Positions 12,630 through 26,924 are shown, numbered from the stretch's first letter. The stretch is DNA of 64,000 nt from Hypanus sabinus (GCF_030144855.1 NC_082709.1:148304001-148368000); one strand, 5' to 3'. Notes: generated by a model from the sequence alone, not told the origin. Program-made: numbers and translations.

Positions 12630-13410
12630 AATAGAATCTTTAGAATTGTGCAGAATGTGTATTAGAGGAAAATAAATGGAGAATGGGATGGATGATATTG
12701 TTCTGAGTTTTAGAATCTAGATTAGATCAAACTTATTGGTCGCATGTACATCGACCCATACCGTGAAATACATTGTTTACATTAACAACCAACACAGTTT
12801 AAGGGCCACACTTCCACTGCCAACACAGCACCTCAATGTTCAGCTGAGACAAAACCTCTTGCATAGAGGCTCACTGGCTCTCGTCATCAGGACTCTGAGA
12901 CTACTGTCCTTGACCTCAGGCTTCACAGGGTGGCCTGCTAGCCTGACGTCCGTGCTCAGGGATCGCTAGTGTTGCCCTGAAACTGTCGACCAATGTCGTG
13001 GCTCCAGACTTGCCCACATTGTCCTTGACGACATGCGCGATGGGCCAAATAACCTATGCCAGTGTTGTAAGGAAAGAAAATCTGTGTCTCATTTCCTTCG
13101 TACTTGCATTACTCCAGCAACCACTACCTTGGACGTTATGGTTAGACTAGATTGTGACTCTTTTTTTGCCGCACTTTCATAAGGCTCTTGTCCAGTTTGA
13201 TCATTCCCCATAATCCACAGCTTCTGGCTGTTCATCATCTTCTGGAGCCTCTTTACTTGGTTTATGATGTCCTCAGTCCCAGCTAATGATTGCTCGAATT
13301 TGGAATTTCAGAATAGACATTTACTTCTGAAGCAGTAGTCTCCTATAAATGCAATTCATTTGTGCTGTAATCAGCCAGCGGTGCTCAATATATTTATTCT
13401 GGAGACTGGA

Positions 13411-13535
13411 AGAGTCCTGATGAAGGGTGTCGGCCAGAAACGTCAACTGTTTATTAGATGCTGCCTGACCTGCTGAGTTCCTCCAGCATTTTGTATGTGT
13501 TCTCTGGATTTCCAGTATCTGCTGAAACTTGTGTT
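13411..13535 (+). mobile_element. Solo PLE pLTR copy
   Basis: Hammerhead motif followed by GATGCTGCCTGACCTGCTGAGTTCCTCCAGCATTTTG, shared with the PLE terminus. Confidence 0.82.
13413..13448 (+). ncRNA. Minimal type I hammerhead ribozyme motif (GUC triplet)
   Basis: AGUC CUGAUGA A GGG UGUCGG CCA GAAA CGUC AACU: core and ACGU intact, one mismatch each in stems I and II. Confidence 0.72.
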
Positions 13536-16500
13536 TATACTAGTGATGCTGTATTATGGCCGCTCATTTCATGGAAAGTTACCCTTGCAGAATTCACAAA
13601 TGTGGGTTAAGGCTGGCTTTCATGTAATATGTGTCTGTGTGTTGGGGGAGTGCATAAAAATTAGATAGAAAAAAAATACTACTTCTTCAACTTGCCTGTC
13701 TTGAAGTCTGCAAAAATGACACAGCGTTACGCTATGGAAAATCATGATACAGATTGTTTTCTAGGAATGTAATCACCACCAGCATAACTCTCTCCAGGTG
13801 TTTTATAGAAAAGCTAGATTAGTCATGGAAAAAGAAAATCAGAGATTTCATGGAATCAAAACTGGAAGTTTCATGAAGTGTATTAAATATTGATGATTTG
13901 TTTCACTAGAGCCAAAAGACGCTGGACAGAATCATTTGTGGTTTTGGAACTTGGAAAGATGTTCAGAAAGTACATGATTGTTTCTAGCAGTTGGTAGACT
14001 AGCAATAAGAAACATATGTTTAAGATTATCACCAGAACATGGATGGGCATAAAGGCATTATTAAAATTTGGAATACTTTACCACAAGTGGCTATTGTAAC
14101 AAATGTGTAAATCTTTTAAAAAGAAATCAGTTGCATATTTAAAAGGAAGAAGATACTTTATTTATCATTGAGGAATATTTAAAACAATGCAGGAAAATTG
14201 AGCTGGAGAGATGAATTGGCCTATGATTACATTTCATAGTTCAAATCAAAGCAACAATTTAAATACAGCAGAATTGTTTTCCCTTTAAAATTTCTGCTGC
14301 GTTTGTGAATAAAGCCAGCATTGTGCCCACAGCATTGCTTGTAATTTTGTGAGCATTTAATTCCGTTACCCAATTCCTTGTTTTACCAAATAAATTTTTT
14401 TAAATGGTTTAGGAATGTAAGTGAGTCATGGACTTCTTGAAATTGGGTGCCATTATTTGATATTGTAAGCAGATTACTATCAAGTGTCCTGCATTTCCAA
14501 ATAATCACTGGATAGGATCACAATAATTGCTGGGACTCACCAATATAATGTGACACAATTCCAGCAGGTGACAAAGGAAAGTGTGGATGTTGCAATGGTT
14601 ATGCTCCAGAATAATATAAATCTATGTCAGCTGTTAAATTAAAATTCCTGATTGAAGTGGCAAGAAACTAGTTCTTTGGATCTACTTAACTACTATTGCT
14701 TGACATTTTCACAACTCATGTTTATAAATGGGTGTAATAAATTCTATTGTGCAAAACACAGACTTGCATTTTGAAAGTGGAATGAATGTTTTTCCTTCAG
14801 TAGTTCAGTGGTGCAATGAGCAAGAAGGCATATTTGTATCCAGTTTTAGTAAGATTTAAGTGAGTTAACCTCCTGAAGCAGAATGTCACAGAGTCATGTT
14901 GCACTCCAGAAATCTGAACCATGTTTGACACTAATACTCGGGCAAAACTCTGCACTGTTGCAAAAGCTCTCTGTCCCTCTCAACTCTCAAGTACGAATAA
15001 TAAAGATCCCAAGGCTTCTTTTGCAGATGAAATATTTACCCTTGAACGAATATCTCAGAGTGCTGTTTGTTGAAGATTCCAATGTACAAATCAACCGCTT
15101 TCAAGTTTTTAAAGTTGACATGTTTTCATTTGTCCTAACAGACTCTGTACAGGGTCCCATTTCTTGCACTACAGGTAATTTTTCCAGATAACTGGCCCGT
15201 GCTGCTTTTGTGCTTAGGGCAGGGTTTGGCATAACTGCAGCAAACCTCACTTTGCATACTAAAATTTCATCAATTGGTACCTTGGTTTGGCCAAATATCT
15301 CAGATAATGCAAGACTGAATTGAAGTCTTCATCAGTGGGTCTACTCCCACATTGTGATACTTTTATTCTTGCTTCATTGTAGTAGAATTTGTGTGGTAGC
15401 GATTGAGCTTTACAATAAAGTTCTATGAGCCAATAATTTAAAACCTGAAACTAACAATACTAATGTGCAATATCACACTCACACCAAGTCTGATCTATTT
15501 GTGCGGAGGCGGCCTGATTTGGGGATTTTTAAAGAGGCAGCAGTATCATTTTGGAAAAGAATCAAGTGATATGAGAAACTGACATGGAAGAGGAGGTGGC
15601 GCTTGGGAAAGATCAGCCAGGATCATATTCTATGGCAGGGAAGGCTTGAGGGGTCCAGTGACCTACACTTGGTTTTCTCATATTTCTTCTATTTTTTTGT
15701 TGACTAAGAGTCAGTTGCTTAAATCTTGATGCAGAAATGTTAACTGGGGAGTTCCCAAATTCCATTCATACTCTGTGGAGTTCTCAGTTTCCACCCCATA
15801 ATTGAATTACTAGACATCAGTTTTACACTTTACAACGCAGCAGAACTCCAATCATTTCAGTAACTATTAGAACTGCAGTAACAACTTGGGGAGTTTATTC
15901 TAGAATAATGCAATCAAATGGGGAGTAGGGTCTTTGAAATTAATTATAGTGTACAGAATTAAAATCAGGCACCAATCAATCCCCTAATAGGAAATATTAA
16001 TCTCATCATTTAAAGCAATCAACTTGCCTTTTAGTCCTGAGATCCTATCCCTGTTGTAAAAGGGTAAAGTTTTCAAGGTGGGTTTAATATTTTGTGCAGA
16101 GGAATGGATTTTAATGTATGGGGAAACAAACCACAAAATACTGAGAGCTAGTAGTTCTCTGTAGCCCGGCTAGTTCCATTGCTAATCTGGAGAGGCACAT
16201 CCAGGTTTTCAGAAATTTCCTTGATTTTTTTTAAATGCTAGCACTCTCTCCTGGATGCAGAATACCATTTAAATGCATTTTTTTATATTGATTTGAGCTT
16301 CATTAAAACCCTGTTCACGCCGTTTATTGGTAGCATTGTAGTAAAATCAATCAAATTTTCAGTGCTTTGATCAACAGAAGTTAAATGGTGATAAATCCCT
16401 AACCACTGAAATGGAGAAGCATTATCAACTGGATATGAGCACATTAAACAGGTGTCGATAAAGTCCCCTATTTCATGTGCACACGTACAGATATGCTTCT

Positions 16501-17179
16501 TTCAGTGTTACTACATGCCTTTATTTCTCGTGCGGGCTGTTGTAGAGCTACCTGAACGAAAACCTTCATTGCTTGTAGCTTTTTTTGAGAGGTGTAGGAC
16601 GTAAGAATTTTCCAAACATACAACCCCAACTCTTCTCCTGCAATACTACAGACTTCTGTCAACCACAAACCCATATGTTTTATTACCTCCAACTTCTGAG
16701 TAAAGTAAGTTTGTACCCAAAGATTTCTTTGAATCAGTTTAGTGTGTGGTGGGGGAGTTAACCAATTATAGAATAAATCCTTTCAGTTCACACTGATAAC
16801 ATATGAAGTAACATCGAGGCTTCAAACTGATTTGCGATCAAGGGAAATTATGAGCAATATATTCAGAACGTAATATCCAATTTAAAAATGTATGGCTGTG
16901 TTGTATATGAGCTGAAACATAGGTGGGTGAAAAATGCGCAAAGCCAATCACCAGGGCGGATATTTGTTCGAGAAACTAAAGAGTAGATCTAAGTTCCTGT
17001 TTATCACCATTTGTGGAGGATTTGGGTAAATAGTGCTTGTGTTCTAAAGAATGACTAAACAGACACGATATGAATTATGTTTCATGTTGTGTGACATAAT
17101 GGAATTGTTTTTCACCAGTAAGTTAGAGCAACATCCTTGCAGTGACAGCAGTGAAATAGTGGTTAAGTTACCTGTCCGA

Positions 17180-17460
17180 CAATCAAGTGATCTGAAGCTA
17201 ACAGTCCAGAGAACCATGTTCAATCCCACGGTGGCAGCTGTGGAATTTAAATTCGTTTAATGATCTTGCATTCAAGAAAAACCTAAGCATGAATAATGAT
17301 ATTATTAAAAACCCATCTGGATCTCTTTGTAGGAAATCATTACCCATTCTGACCTTCGTGACTCCTGAATCTGCAACGCTGTCTGAAGAGGCTTAAAAAG
17401 CCACTTAGTTTAAGGGCAGTTGGGATCTGCATTAAATGCTGATCATCCCAAATGCTTAAA
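17180..17460 (+). mobile_element. Old SINE, degenerate
   Basis: B-box-like GTTCAATCCCAC; its tail (AAGGGCAGTTGGGAT...AAATGCTG) resembles the tail at 11290-11370. Confidence 0.45.
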
Positions 17461-18624
17461 ACAAAAGGTAAAATTTTTAAAGAAATGCATTTCATACCAT
17501 ATTGAAAAGCATCCTTTGCGATCTGATTTGATAAGCCCCTTGGCTCTGGTGGTGCACCATTGGATCATAGCAAATGACGTGTAATATTTGTCAAAAGCTC
17601 ATCCTTGAATGAGTACGGGCAGGGCAGAATGATGCAGATCTTCAGTGTTGGGAGCAGTACAGTTTTTAGTTAACGAGTAACTTTAATTTGAGCAGTCAGT
17701 ACAGGTCACAATTGTCATTAGGTGGGACACTGAAATTGAAAGTAGTGGTTTAGCGGTTTACATTTTGTCCTCAGTACTCAGTATAAAGAACTGAAAGCAA
17801 AGGCAAAGATGAGTGATAGATAAGATTGGAAGCATTTCAGATGTCAGCAAAAGATAACGTAAATGGAAGTGAAAATATATCCTAAAGGTGATATATAGCA
17901 TGAAATGCAAAATCTACAAATACAAGGTTTTAAGTGTATTGAATAAGATAAAGATGGGAAATAGCAAGGACTTTTGAAGAAATGATTTGTATTTCACAGT
18001 AGTAGACAATGAAGTATAGTGGGTGAAGGAGAGAAGGAAGAATTTATAACTCTATTGCTAGGGGAGAAAGGGCCACAGACTGGTGGAAGTTAAAAATGGT
18101 AAATTTTAAAGACTTTGTTCTATCATCTAAACTCTCAAAGTAAGTAGCTCTGTGAATATATGGTTGTAATTTTTCCAAAGCTCCTTAGATTTTGAAAAAG
18201 TCAGTGGATTGGAAAGTTGCAAGGTAACTTTCCTGTTTAAGAAAGGAGGAGAGCATTAAGAAATAAGCTTGTGAGCCTAATCACTGTCATTTGGAAAGTG
18301 CTGTGATGGAATTATTAAGGACGTAGTCATTTTAAAGGAAAGTCATTTGGGGAAAAACATGAAGCACTCTTCATTCTGCTGGATTGTATTTCATTATCTA
18401 GAGTTTCTGAAGGATATAGCAAACAGAATGGTGCCATTGGATTGGTACTTTTGAATTTTTAAAAGAGATTGATAATATACCACATTTAAAATTATTGTTC
18501 AGAGCAAGAGTAGCTTGCGGAAGGAAACTTTAGTATGGATAGAAGATTAGCCAACATGGGATTTGCAGGTTGTAAAGCTGCATCTAGTCGAGTCTACTGA
18601 GGTCTCAAGATATTGGAGCAGAAT

Positions 18625-19205
18625 TAGGTCATTGGTCCATCGTGTCTGCGCTGCCATTTCATCATGGCTGCTCCAATTTTTCTCTCAGCCCCAATCTCCC
18701 ACCATCTCCCCATATCCCTTCAGGCCCTGACCAATCAAGAATCTATCAACCTCTGCCTTAATTATGCATAAAGACTTGGCCTCCACAGCTGCCTGTGGCA
18801 AAGAATTCCACAGATTCATCATTCTCTGGCAAAAGAAATACCTCCTCATCTTCGTTCTAAAATGAAGCCCCTCTATTCTAAGACTGTGTCCTCCAGTCTT
18901 AGGCTCTCCCATCATAGGAAACATTCTCTCCACCTTCACTCTATCAAGACCTTTCACCATTTAAGTTTTCAATGTGGTCACCCTATTCTTGTGAGTTCTA
19001 GAGACTACAGGCCCAGAGCCATTGTATTGTTCATACGACAAGCTATTCAATCCTGGAGTCATTTTTGTGAACCTCCTTTGAATCCTCTCCAGTTTCAGCA
19101 CAACCTTTCTAAGATAAGGGGCCTAAAACTGCTCACAGTCCCGCAGGTGAGGCCTCACCAGTGCTTTATAAAGTCTCAACATTACATCCTTGCTTTTATA
19201 TTGCA
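18625..19205 (-). mobile_element. CR1 LINE 3' end, apparently nested in an older + strand CR1
   Basis: Minus ORF 18685-18960 (MVKGLDRVKVERMFP...GHSLRIEG...RRYFF...NLWNSLP) plus an upstream DVMLRLYKALVRP motif. Confidence 0.85.
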
Positions 19206-20734
19206 GGATATAATGTTGAGTTTTTATAAAGCACTGGTTTATTTTAAATCTATGTTAATAATTTGGGATGACATTATCTCGTTGTCAAATTTGACGCTGA
19301 TACAGGCGGGGAAAGCCAAGTTTTGAAGAAAACACAATCTGCAAAAGGGTGTAAAAGGGATTAAGGGTTGTACAAAGAAAGTGGCAGATGGAGTGAACGA
19401 TGAAGTTATAAACTGGTAGGAAGAAAAGTGGAGTTTAATGAAGCAAACCTGTGAAAAGCTGCTGCACAGAAGGATTGTGTACAGGAAATGGGAAATAATC
19501 CTGCAGGTGCAAGTATGGAATTGGGGTTGAAATGTTGTCCTTGACTGTGTAGTTTATGGAGCTGAAGGAATGCATAGAGTTTTTTTTATCCCTTTTATTT
19601 AATTTATTTAGCTTGCATTGGAGCTTGTAAATAGGATCACAAGATCATTTGCTAAGATGAAGTGGTTGACTTATGAGCAATGAATACAGTTTGGACCTAT
19701 AACCTATACTCTTTTGGCGCTTAGGAGTTTTTAAATTGTAACATATTCTGAGGTGGTTTGAGAATTTATATACTATGAGCATTCATCTCCTCATATATTT
19801 TCAGAAGTTATTGTAGTTTCCCATTTAAGGTGGTATGGAAAAATATTTCTGGTTGGAATTCTCTACTCTGGAATCTGGAAAAGCTGAATCATTAACATTT
19901 TCAAGGCTGCCCCCAGGTAACAAATGGATTCCATTTTTGCAGAGGTATATCAGTCGGTTTTGTCCATAAGTGACTGAAAGCTAATTGCACCTTCATAGCA
20001 TTGTAATGAATGGCATCAGAAGCACGTAGCAGCGACAAAAAAAAACAATTACTAAAAGCAGAGAGGCAAAAGGCTAGTTATCAATGTATGTGTGCACATT
20101 GAACTTTGAATTTAATTGGAGCTTATTCATATGTATGGACTGTCTATAAACCGTGTGTTCTTAACCCAGAATGGCCCGTATTGTGTGGAGGAGTAGGCAT
20201 GGGGCAATATGGCTCAATCCTGCTCCTTCCTCTTACATTCCTGTAAATACTGAACAGCTCCAGGTAAAATAATAGAAATATGAGGAATAATTGTAGACCG
20301 CGTGCAATATCCATGAATATGTTTGGGTTGGGGGGGGGGGGCAAGAGAGGAAGGCAACGGTGAAACTGAAAGCAAGCCACAGCTTGCCACTAAATGTATT
20401 CAACCAGTTTATGACAAAACCAACAGAGGTGCTGAACTGCATAATGAAAATATTTCTATTTTTAGGAAGGAATGATAACAATTTATATTGCTTTGTTTGG
20501 ATTGTACTTCAGCCGTTGCAAGCAATTCTGAATGCTGGGAAGTAAAGTTTTCATTGGCTGAAGAAGTTACAAAAGAACCACTTGATTGATTTCCAAAGTC
20601 AGAGTCTGATGTAAAGATGTATAATCTGATGCTTTCACCTGAAAAGTATATTTACAAATCAATCTTGGAATTAATTTTTAATGCATTAGTGAAAGTTAAG
20701 CGAATATTACTAAATTAAACAACAACTTAAACTA

Positions 20735-22311
20735 CAGTGGTATCCAAAAGTTTGGGCACCCCGGTCAAAATTTCTGTTACTGTGAATAGCTAAGTGAGTA
20801 GAAGATGGACTGATCTCTAAAAGTCATAAAGTTAAAGATGAAACATTCTTTCTAAAACTTTAAGCAAGATTAGTGTATTATTTTTGTTTTCTACAATTGT
20901 AGAGTGGGAAAAAAAGGAAAGGGGCACAATGCAAAAGTTCGGGCACCCCAAAAGATTTGAACTCTCAGATAACTTTAACCAAGATCTCAGACCTTAATTA
21001 ACTTGTTAGGGCTATGGCTTGTTTACAGTTATCGTTAGGAAAGGCAAGGTGACGAAAATTTCAAAGCTTTATAAATACCCTGACTCCTCAAACCTTGTCC
21101 CAACAATCAGCAGCCATGGGCTCCTCTAAGCAGCTGCCTAGCACTCTGAAAATTAAAATAAATGATGCCAACAAAGCAGGAGAAGGCTATAAGAAGATAG
21201 CAAAGTGGTTTCAGGTAGCCGTTTCCTCAGTTCATAACGTAATCAAGAAATGGGAGTTAACAGGAACAGTGGAGGTCAAGTTGAGATCTGGAAGACCAAA
21301 AAACTGTAAAAAACCTTCAGGAAGATTTAGCAGACTCTGGAGTGGTGGTGCACTGTTCTACTGTGCAGCGACACCTGCATAAATATGACCTTTATGGAAG
21401 AGTCATCAGAAGAAAACTACAGAAAACTGCGTCCTCACCACAAAATTCAGCATCAGAAGTTTGCAAAGGAACATCGAAACAAGCCTTTGGAAACAAAGTC
21501 CTGTGGACTGATGAAATTAAAATAGAACTTTTTGGCTACAATGAGCAAAGCTATGTTTGGAGAAAATTGGGTGCAGAATTTCATGAAAAGAACACTTTTC
21601 AAACTGTTAAACTGTTAAGCACGGGGGTGGATCGATCGTGCTTTAGGCTTGTGTTGCAGCCAGTGGCTCGGGGAACATTTCACTGGTAGAGGGAAGAATG
21701 AATTCAATTAAATACTGGCAAATTCTGGAAGCAAACATCATACTGTCTGTAAAAAAAAATAAACAGCTGAAGGTGAAAAGAGGATGGCTTCTACAAAAGG
21801 ATAATGATCCTCAACACACCTCAAAATCACAATGGACTACTTCAAATTGCAAGCTGAAGGTTTTGCCATGCCCCTCACAGTCCCCCGATCTAAACATCAT
21901 TAACAATCTGTGGATAAGCCTCAAAAGAGCAGTGCATGCAAGATGGCCTAAGAACCTCAGAGAAATGGAAGCCTTTTGCAAGGAAGAGTCGGCGAAAATC
22001 CTCCAAACAAGAATTGAAAGACTTAGCTGGCTACAGAATGCATTTACAAGCTGTGATACTTGCCAAAGAGGGTATTACTAAGTTCTGACCATTCAGGGTG
22101 CCCAAACTTTTGCTTTGGGCCCTTTTCCTTTTTTGTTATTTTGAAACTGTAAAAGATGGAAATAAAAAAGTAATCTTGTTTAAAATATTAAAGAAATGTG
22201 TCATCTTTAACTTTATGCCATTTGGAAATCAGGTCATCTTTTACTCGCTTAGCTATTCACAGTAACAGAAATTTTGACCGGGGTGGGGGCCCAAACTTCT
22301 GCATGCCACTG
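20735..22311 (+). mobile_element. Tc1-family DNA transposon of IR/DR type, defective (1577 bp)
   Basis: TA|CAGTGG...CCACTG|TA; about 215-bp imperfect IRs, each with outer and inner AAAAGTT(T/C)GGGCACCC direct repeats. Transposase remnant 21116-22088 with GRPK, WTDE, DNDPQH and SPDLNII motifs, frameshifts and an internal deletion. Confidence 0.95.
21116..22088 (+). pseudogene. Frameshifted Tc1 transposase
   Basis: MGSSKQLP...SGRPK, an internal deletion, then TVQRHL...KVLWTDE...DNDPQH...SPDLNIINNLW (the catalytic E position is N); ends AKEGITKF*. Confidence 0.9.
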
Positions 22312-25059
22312 TACATAGCTCCTTCAAAGTATTTAAAGTGGAAGTAAATGAATTTTTGAAAATGTACAGAATTGAAGCCAATGGGTATCTGGCATAAAGG
22401 AAGAATTTAAGCCTGGGATGATGTTAAATGTCAGGGCAGGCTTGGTGAGCCAGGAGGTGTGGTAACTTCTACTTTACAAAAAGACCACTCAACAACTTGA
22501 TGGCCAAAAGAGCATCTTTATCTGGGACGGCAAATGATATTTACAATACAGAGGCTTCCAGGTACCTCGTGCGGCCTGGGTGGAGGAACTATATACAATG
22601 CATACTGGGGGTAAAAAGAGCGGAAGTAAAAGACCCCGCCAACCCTGGATCCCCCCGCCTCTTGCTACCAACACCTTCCCGAGTAGTATTAACTTACTTT
22701 TAATAATACTCGTATTACAACAGGAGGCTTAATCATGCTCCTGTTTCCTCGTGTTCTTGTCTTCACAAGACTAGAGCAAGAGGGTTTAAAGTGTAAAATG
22801 GTTCTTTTTATGATGGAGCCATAACAAAATCTTCAACTGATAAATATTTCAGTGGATTAAATGTGTAAAACCGCAGCTATCATTAAAATAACAATTTGAA
22901 TCATTGAAGATATAACAAAAGATGTTTAAAAATAAATTATGTAAAATACCATCCTTTCCCGTCATTTGGAAGCAACTTGGTATCCAGTAGAATATTTCCT
23001 CCAGCTTTGAAGATTGATGAAATGAAGTAGCAGCATTGAATGTTCTCGATTGTACCATCAGGCAGATCATGAAAAGAGATTTAATTCCACACTGAATATA
23101 TATTAAGAAAGCAGCATCTTGATGGTAAATGTGGAACGGAGACAGGGAATAATTAAGTAAATGTAAATGTCATTAACAGCTTTTTGTGCAGCCAGCTAGT
23201 GGGTATAGAAAGTAATTTCAGTGTGGGTTTGTTTGGGGAAAGATGATATCAATATCATAGCTATTCTGAACTAGTAATTGTCACCTAATACTTTTGCCCC
23301 AGGAGCTGGCTCACACCAGCTCGCATGGCCTAATCCTTCAGAAAATAGAAAGTTAGATGGAAATATGATCAACAGGTTTCACCTGTTGATACAGATGTTT
23401 AGCATTTTGTGTTTTCATGCTGTGGCATGTAACCCTGAATAATGTTGTTTCATCTCAGTTGTGGTATGTAGGATAAATGACAATCGGAATAGCTTGTAGT
23501 CGACAGTGAAACAACAGAAAGTTTCCCATGCAGGTTTAATGATAGCTCCCTCTTTCTGAAGCCAGCTGCTGATTGGCCTCAGTCTGCATGGAATGTTCAT
23601 GTCTGAAAGCGGTTACAAAGGCATCAAGCGGAGCCCTCACACACAGTGCTGCAGTAAACGGAGCCCTCGCAAGGATACAAGAAATATAGACGGGCCATGG
23701 AGGGGAGGCTAGTTTCTGTGATTTGCTGAGCTGTGTCCACAACTCTGCAGTTTCTTGTAGTGTTGGACAGGCTTGTTGATGTACCAAGCCTCGTTACATC
23801 TGCATAGCAAACTTTCTGTGGTGCCTCTCCAAAAAAAAATTGGTGAGGGTCAAATGGGGCATGCCAGAATTTCTTCAGCTTCCTGTGGAAGTAGAGGTTT
23901 TTGATGAGCTTTCGTGGCCATGCTGTCTACACGCTTAGACCACAACAGGCCATTAATGATTAACGAACTCCAAATTTTCAACCATCTCAACTGCAGCATT
24001 GTTGATGTAAACAAGAGTATGTGCACCACTAACTTTTCTGAAGTCAGTGACCAGTACTACTTTTGGACCAGAAGGTTTGCTAAGCAGTGCTTTTCTCGTT
24101 TATGTATTCAATACTTCATGTCTTCATGTCACACACGTGCAACGCCTGTAGAATATTTTGCAGCAAGATCGTGCAGAGATTGTTTCTGTTCGGGTGCCTT
24201 TCATGAGAAGATTGTGGTGGATTGCTAAATCACTAAGAGATTTAGGATTTTCACATCAAACTGCATGGAAGGAAGCCCTGAAATTCTGAGTTTTAAATCA
24301 TAGCCGCGAATAGTGCATGTTTTGATAATATCCAAAGTAAGAAAAAGTTATGATTATAGAAATATTTGTACAATAGATCTCTACTAAATTTTGTTTTAAT
24401 TCCCAATAGCATCTTAACTTGTGCAGAGATTGCTAGAGGTAAGGAATGCTACTGTGTGAAATTGGCACTGAAGTTATGTTTTCTTATGTGAATAAAGACA
24501 GAGAGGTCATTGTCCTCCATGTATCTATTAGCTGGTTATCTGCATGGTTTGATTTTTTTTAAATGTCTCATTCAGAAACAAAGTTGTTAGCACAAACTCC
24601 AAGGGTAGTAAGTGTAAAGGATTTAAAACTCAAATGGGATCAATGCATAGGTTTGAGTTTATAAATGGACAAATGTGTGGCAAAAGCAAAGTGGTTTCAA
24701 CAGAGGAATTTTTATATAGATGAATTAAAGTAGTCTTAAACAAGTTTAAAATGGGAGGATGTTTTACTGGAATAAGTGCCCTAGAAACAACAAAGGAGGA
24801 AACCAGCTCAGATTTCCAAATGAATGCGTTCAGTTCAGTGTGGACGTGCTTATCAAATAGTGATAATGATTTAAGTTCAGTGATGATGTGAGGGACAAAA
24901 TAGGTAAATTTTCTGCCAGATTTCTGTTTGGAAATTGTATTGAAGTGTTATGTGGCTGCTCAACTTCCATTTTAAAGTTGGTCAGAGAACCAGGATGAAT
25001 TTGAAAGTTTTTTGACGTGACAGAACATTTTGAAGTAATGCAGTAGTTATCTCAGCTCC

Positions 25060-25265
25060 AGTGACGTGAATTCTCATCTCCTGTGCTGTCCATGTGGAGC
25101 TTGTGTGTACTCTGTGTGGTTTTCTCCCCACTGCCCTGAATTTGGCGGACAGCTTAATGGCTACTATAAATTACTTAAAGTAGGTGGTGGAGAGGGCAAA
25201 GAGAACCAGGATGTTGATGGGCTTGAGAGAATAGATTACAGAAAAATTTTGGGAGATGGACTGAT
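25060..25265 (+). mobile_element. V-SINE-like element, degenerate
   Basis: GTGGAGCTTGTGTGTACTCTGTGTGGTTTTCTCCCCACTG, a V-domain-like motif. Confidence 0.5.
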
Positions 25266-25859
25266 GAAAATGCCCCGAATGCTAGCATGACATTCAAAGG
25301 ATTCAAAGTGCATCTATTATCTTTGTGTAGTCTACTACTCTTCCCACAGACAGTCATGAAACAAAGAACCGTGTAATCTGTTCAAAGAAAAAAAAATCAT
25401 CAAACTTCCCTCTCCACCCACGTGCAAATGGCAAAAAAATGAGCGAAAACACTGGATATAAAACCCAAAATCAAAAAGCATATTTCAGTTCTGTTCAATT
25501 CAGCTCAGTGTTCGTTATCTGCAGGCCACCTCGATTCAAAATCACCCAAGCTAGCAACAAAAAAAAGGAGCGACCAGAACTAGAACACATTATAAACACA
25601 TTATAAAATTAGAGTCCTCAGACCACAAACCGTGTCGATTAAGCCTTGTTCCAGCACCATCATCTAACAGCATCAAGGAGATTGCGAGAGATCATTCAAA
25701 CACAGTGATCATATAAATGAAATGAGAAATGTAACTAAGTGGATAGGAAAATGTTTATCAGACGTCTTCTGGAAGCCTGTGTTAATTTCAGATTGCCCTT
25801 CAGAAGGTTGTTAACTGAAGCTGAAGCTTGTGAAATTGAGTGCAGTTTATTGATCTGGC

Positions 25860-26640
25860 TGGGGAACGGACTGAGCAGGGAAAGAGAATAATAGCTGTGT
25901 ACTTAAAAGTGGCAGAAGTGACAAGGGGTGTCCATCAGGGTTGCATGCTGTAACTCCAGCTATTCACTATTTTTATAACTGAGTTTGATTACTGGCTCTG
26001 TATCCACGCTTGCAAATGATGGAGAGGCAAGTGACATTGTCAACCACATAGATGGAGACACTGAAGTAGAGATTAAAAGACTGAGTGAATGAGTAACACC
26101 AGCAAATGGACTTCAACCAAGACAAATAGGAGGTCATCCATTTTTTTTAGACATTAAAGGAACAAGGTGGAGCCTTTTTTTAAAATGCTGAGCGGTTAGA
26201 AGGATTAGAATGGAGAGGAGGCATGTGAATCATTGCTATTTTAGAGTGATACCTGGAATAACTATGTTGAACGTTTAAATTTGGGCCATTTCAGTACAAA
26301 GGGTAAAAATCCAAAGGAATAAGGTCGTACATCCTGGTTAGTTTGTGATCAGCGCAGAGCGAGCATAGCTGAGCAGCATCTGTTTTGATAAAATGTGTTG
26401 GCTTTGCGTGGAGGGAATGTCAGATCCACCAGAATGGTAACTGGATTCCAAGGCTTATATGAAGAGATTACAGAAAATGGGGTTGTCTGGAATTTAAATA
26501 GTTAAATGGTTCTTAATCTAGACCTTGGAGAAATTAAAGAGAATTGTGGGTTTGCAGTGAGAATCTAAGAATAGAGGGTAAAATCTTTATAAAATGAAGC
26601 TAGGTGTTTTTCTCAATTCTTACAAATGAAGGGATTTCTA
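25860..26640 (+). mobile_element. Old CR1 LINE fragment
   Basis: Degenerate RT-region motifs (GVHQG, QLFTIF, EVIHF-like). Confidence 0.55.
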
Positions 26641-26924
26641 CCTGGGGGGAGGGGGTAAGAGGCAACTAATACTATGTAGGTTAACATAGAGCAATAGAGC
26701 ATGGGATCAAGCCCTTTGACCTACCAAGTCTATGCTGACCATCGCCCACCCTTCTGCACCACTCCTACATTAATCCCATTTTCTTATTCTCTTCACATTC
26801 TCGACAACTCCCTCACACATTAAGGGCAATTTACAGTGGCTAGTTAGGCTACTAATCCTCGTGTCTTTGAGATGTAGGAGAATATTCATGCCAGCAAAGG
26901 CAAATTCTAACAGGGGAAAAAACT

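Noticed and set aside
18862-19326. 154-aa + strand ORF
   Set aside because: It is the antisense reading of a CR1 fragment.
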